Assembly: GCF_003334405.1 (NCBI RefSeq)
Contig: NZ_QOWM01000044.1
Length of the DNA stretch: 1,353 nucleotides
From: Escherichia coli
GTDB lineage: Bacteria > Pseudomonadota > Gammaproteobacteria > Enterobacterales > Enterobacteriaceae
Strand: one strand, 5' to 3'
In this document: piece by piece, positions 1-1,353 of the stretch
Layout: the number at the start of each line of letters is the position of its first letter
How positions within the stretch are numbered: the stretch's first letter is position 1
Translations under genes and position numbers: made by a program
Notes under the pieces: model-generated
Database searches by the model: none
Seen by the model: only the letters and a program-made list of their open reading frames with translations
Told to the model about the DNA's origin: nothing

Positions 1-1353
<1,353 letters not shown>

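Overview
The whole 1353-nt window is an internal fragment of a bacterial large-subunit (23S) rRNA gene, sense on the + strand and truncated at both ends. It is not an accessory region and I found no protein-coding gene, mobile element, CRISPR array or novel system. The sequence matches, from memory and nearly base for base, the Escherichia/Shigella-type enterobacterial 23S rRNA. Two independent landmarks (the thiostrepton/L11 loop and helix 69) both give an offset of 596 to E. coli numbering, so the window spans roughly E. coli 23S positions 597-1949: most of domain II, all of domain III and the 5' two-thirds of domain IV. The four minus-strand ORFs in the supplied track (66-76 aa) lie antisense inside the rRNA and are rejected as artefacts. 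The findings are conserved functional landmarks of the rRNA, reported with low interest scores; none is novel. No alignment or covariance-model search could be run here, so taxon and operon-copy assignment remain unverified.
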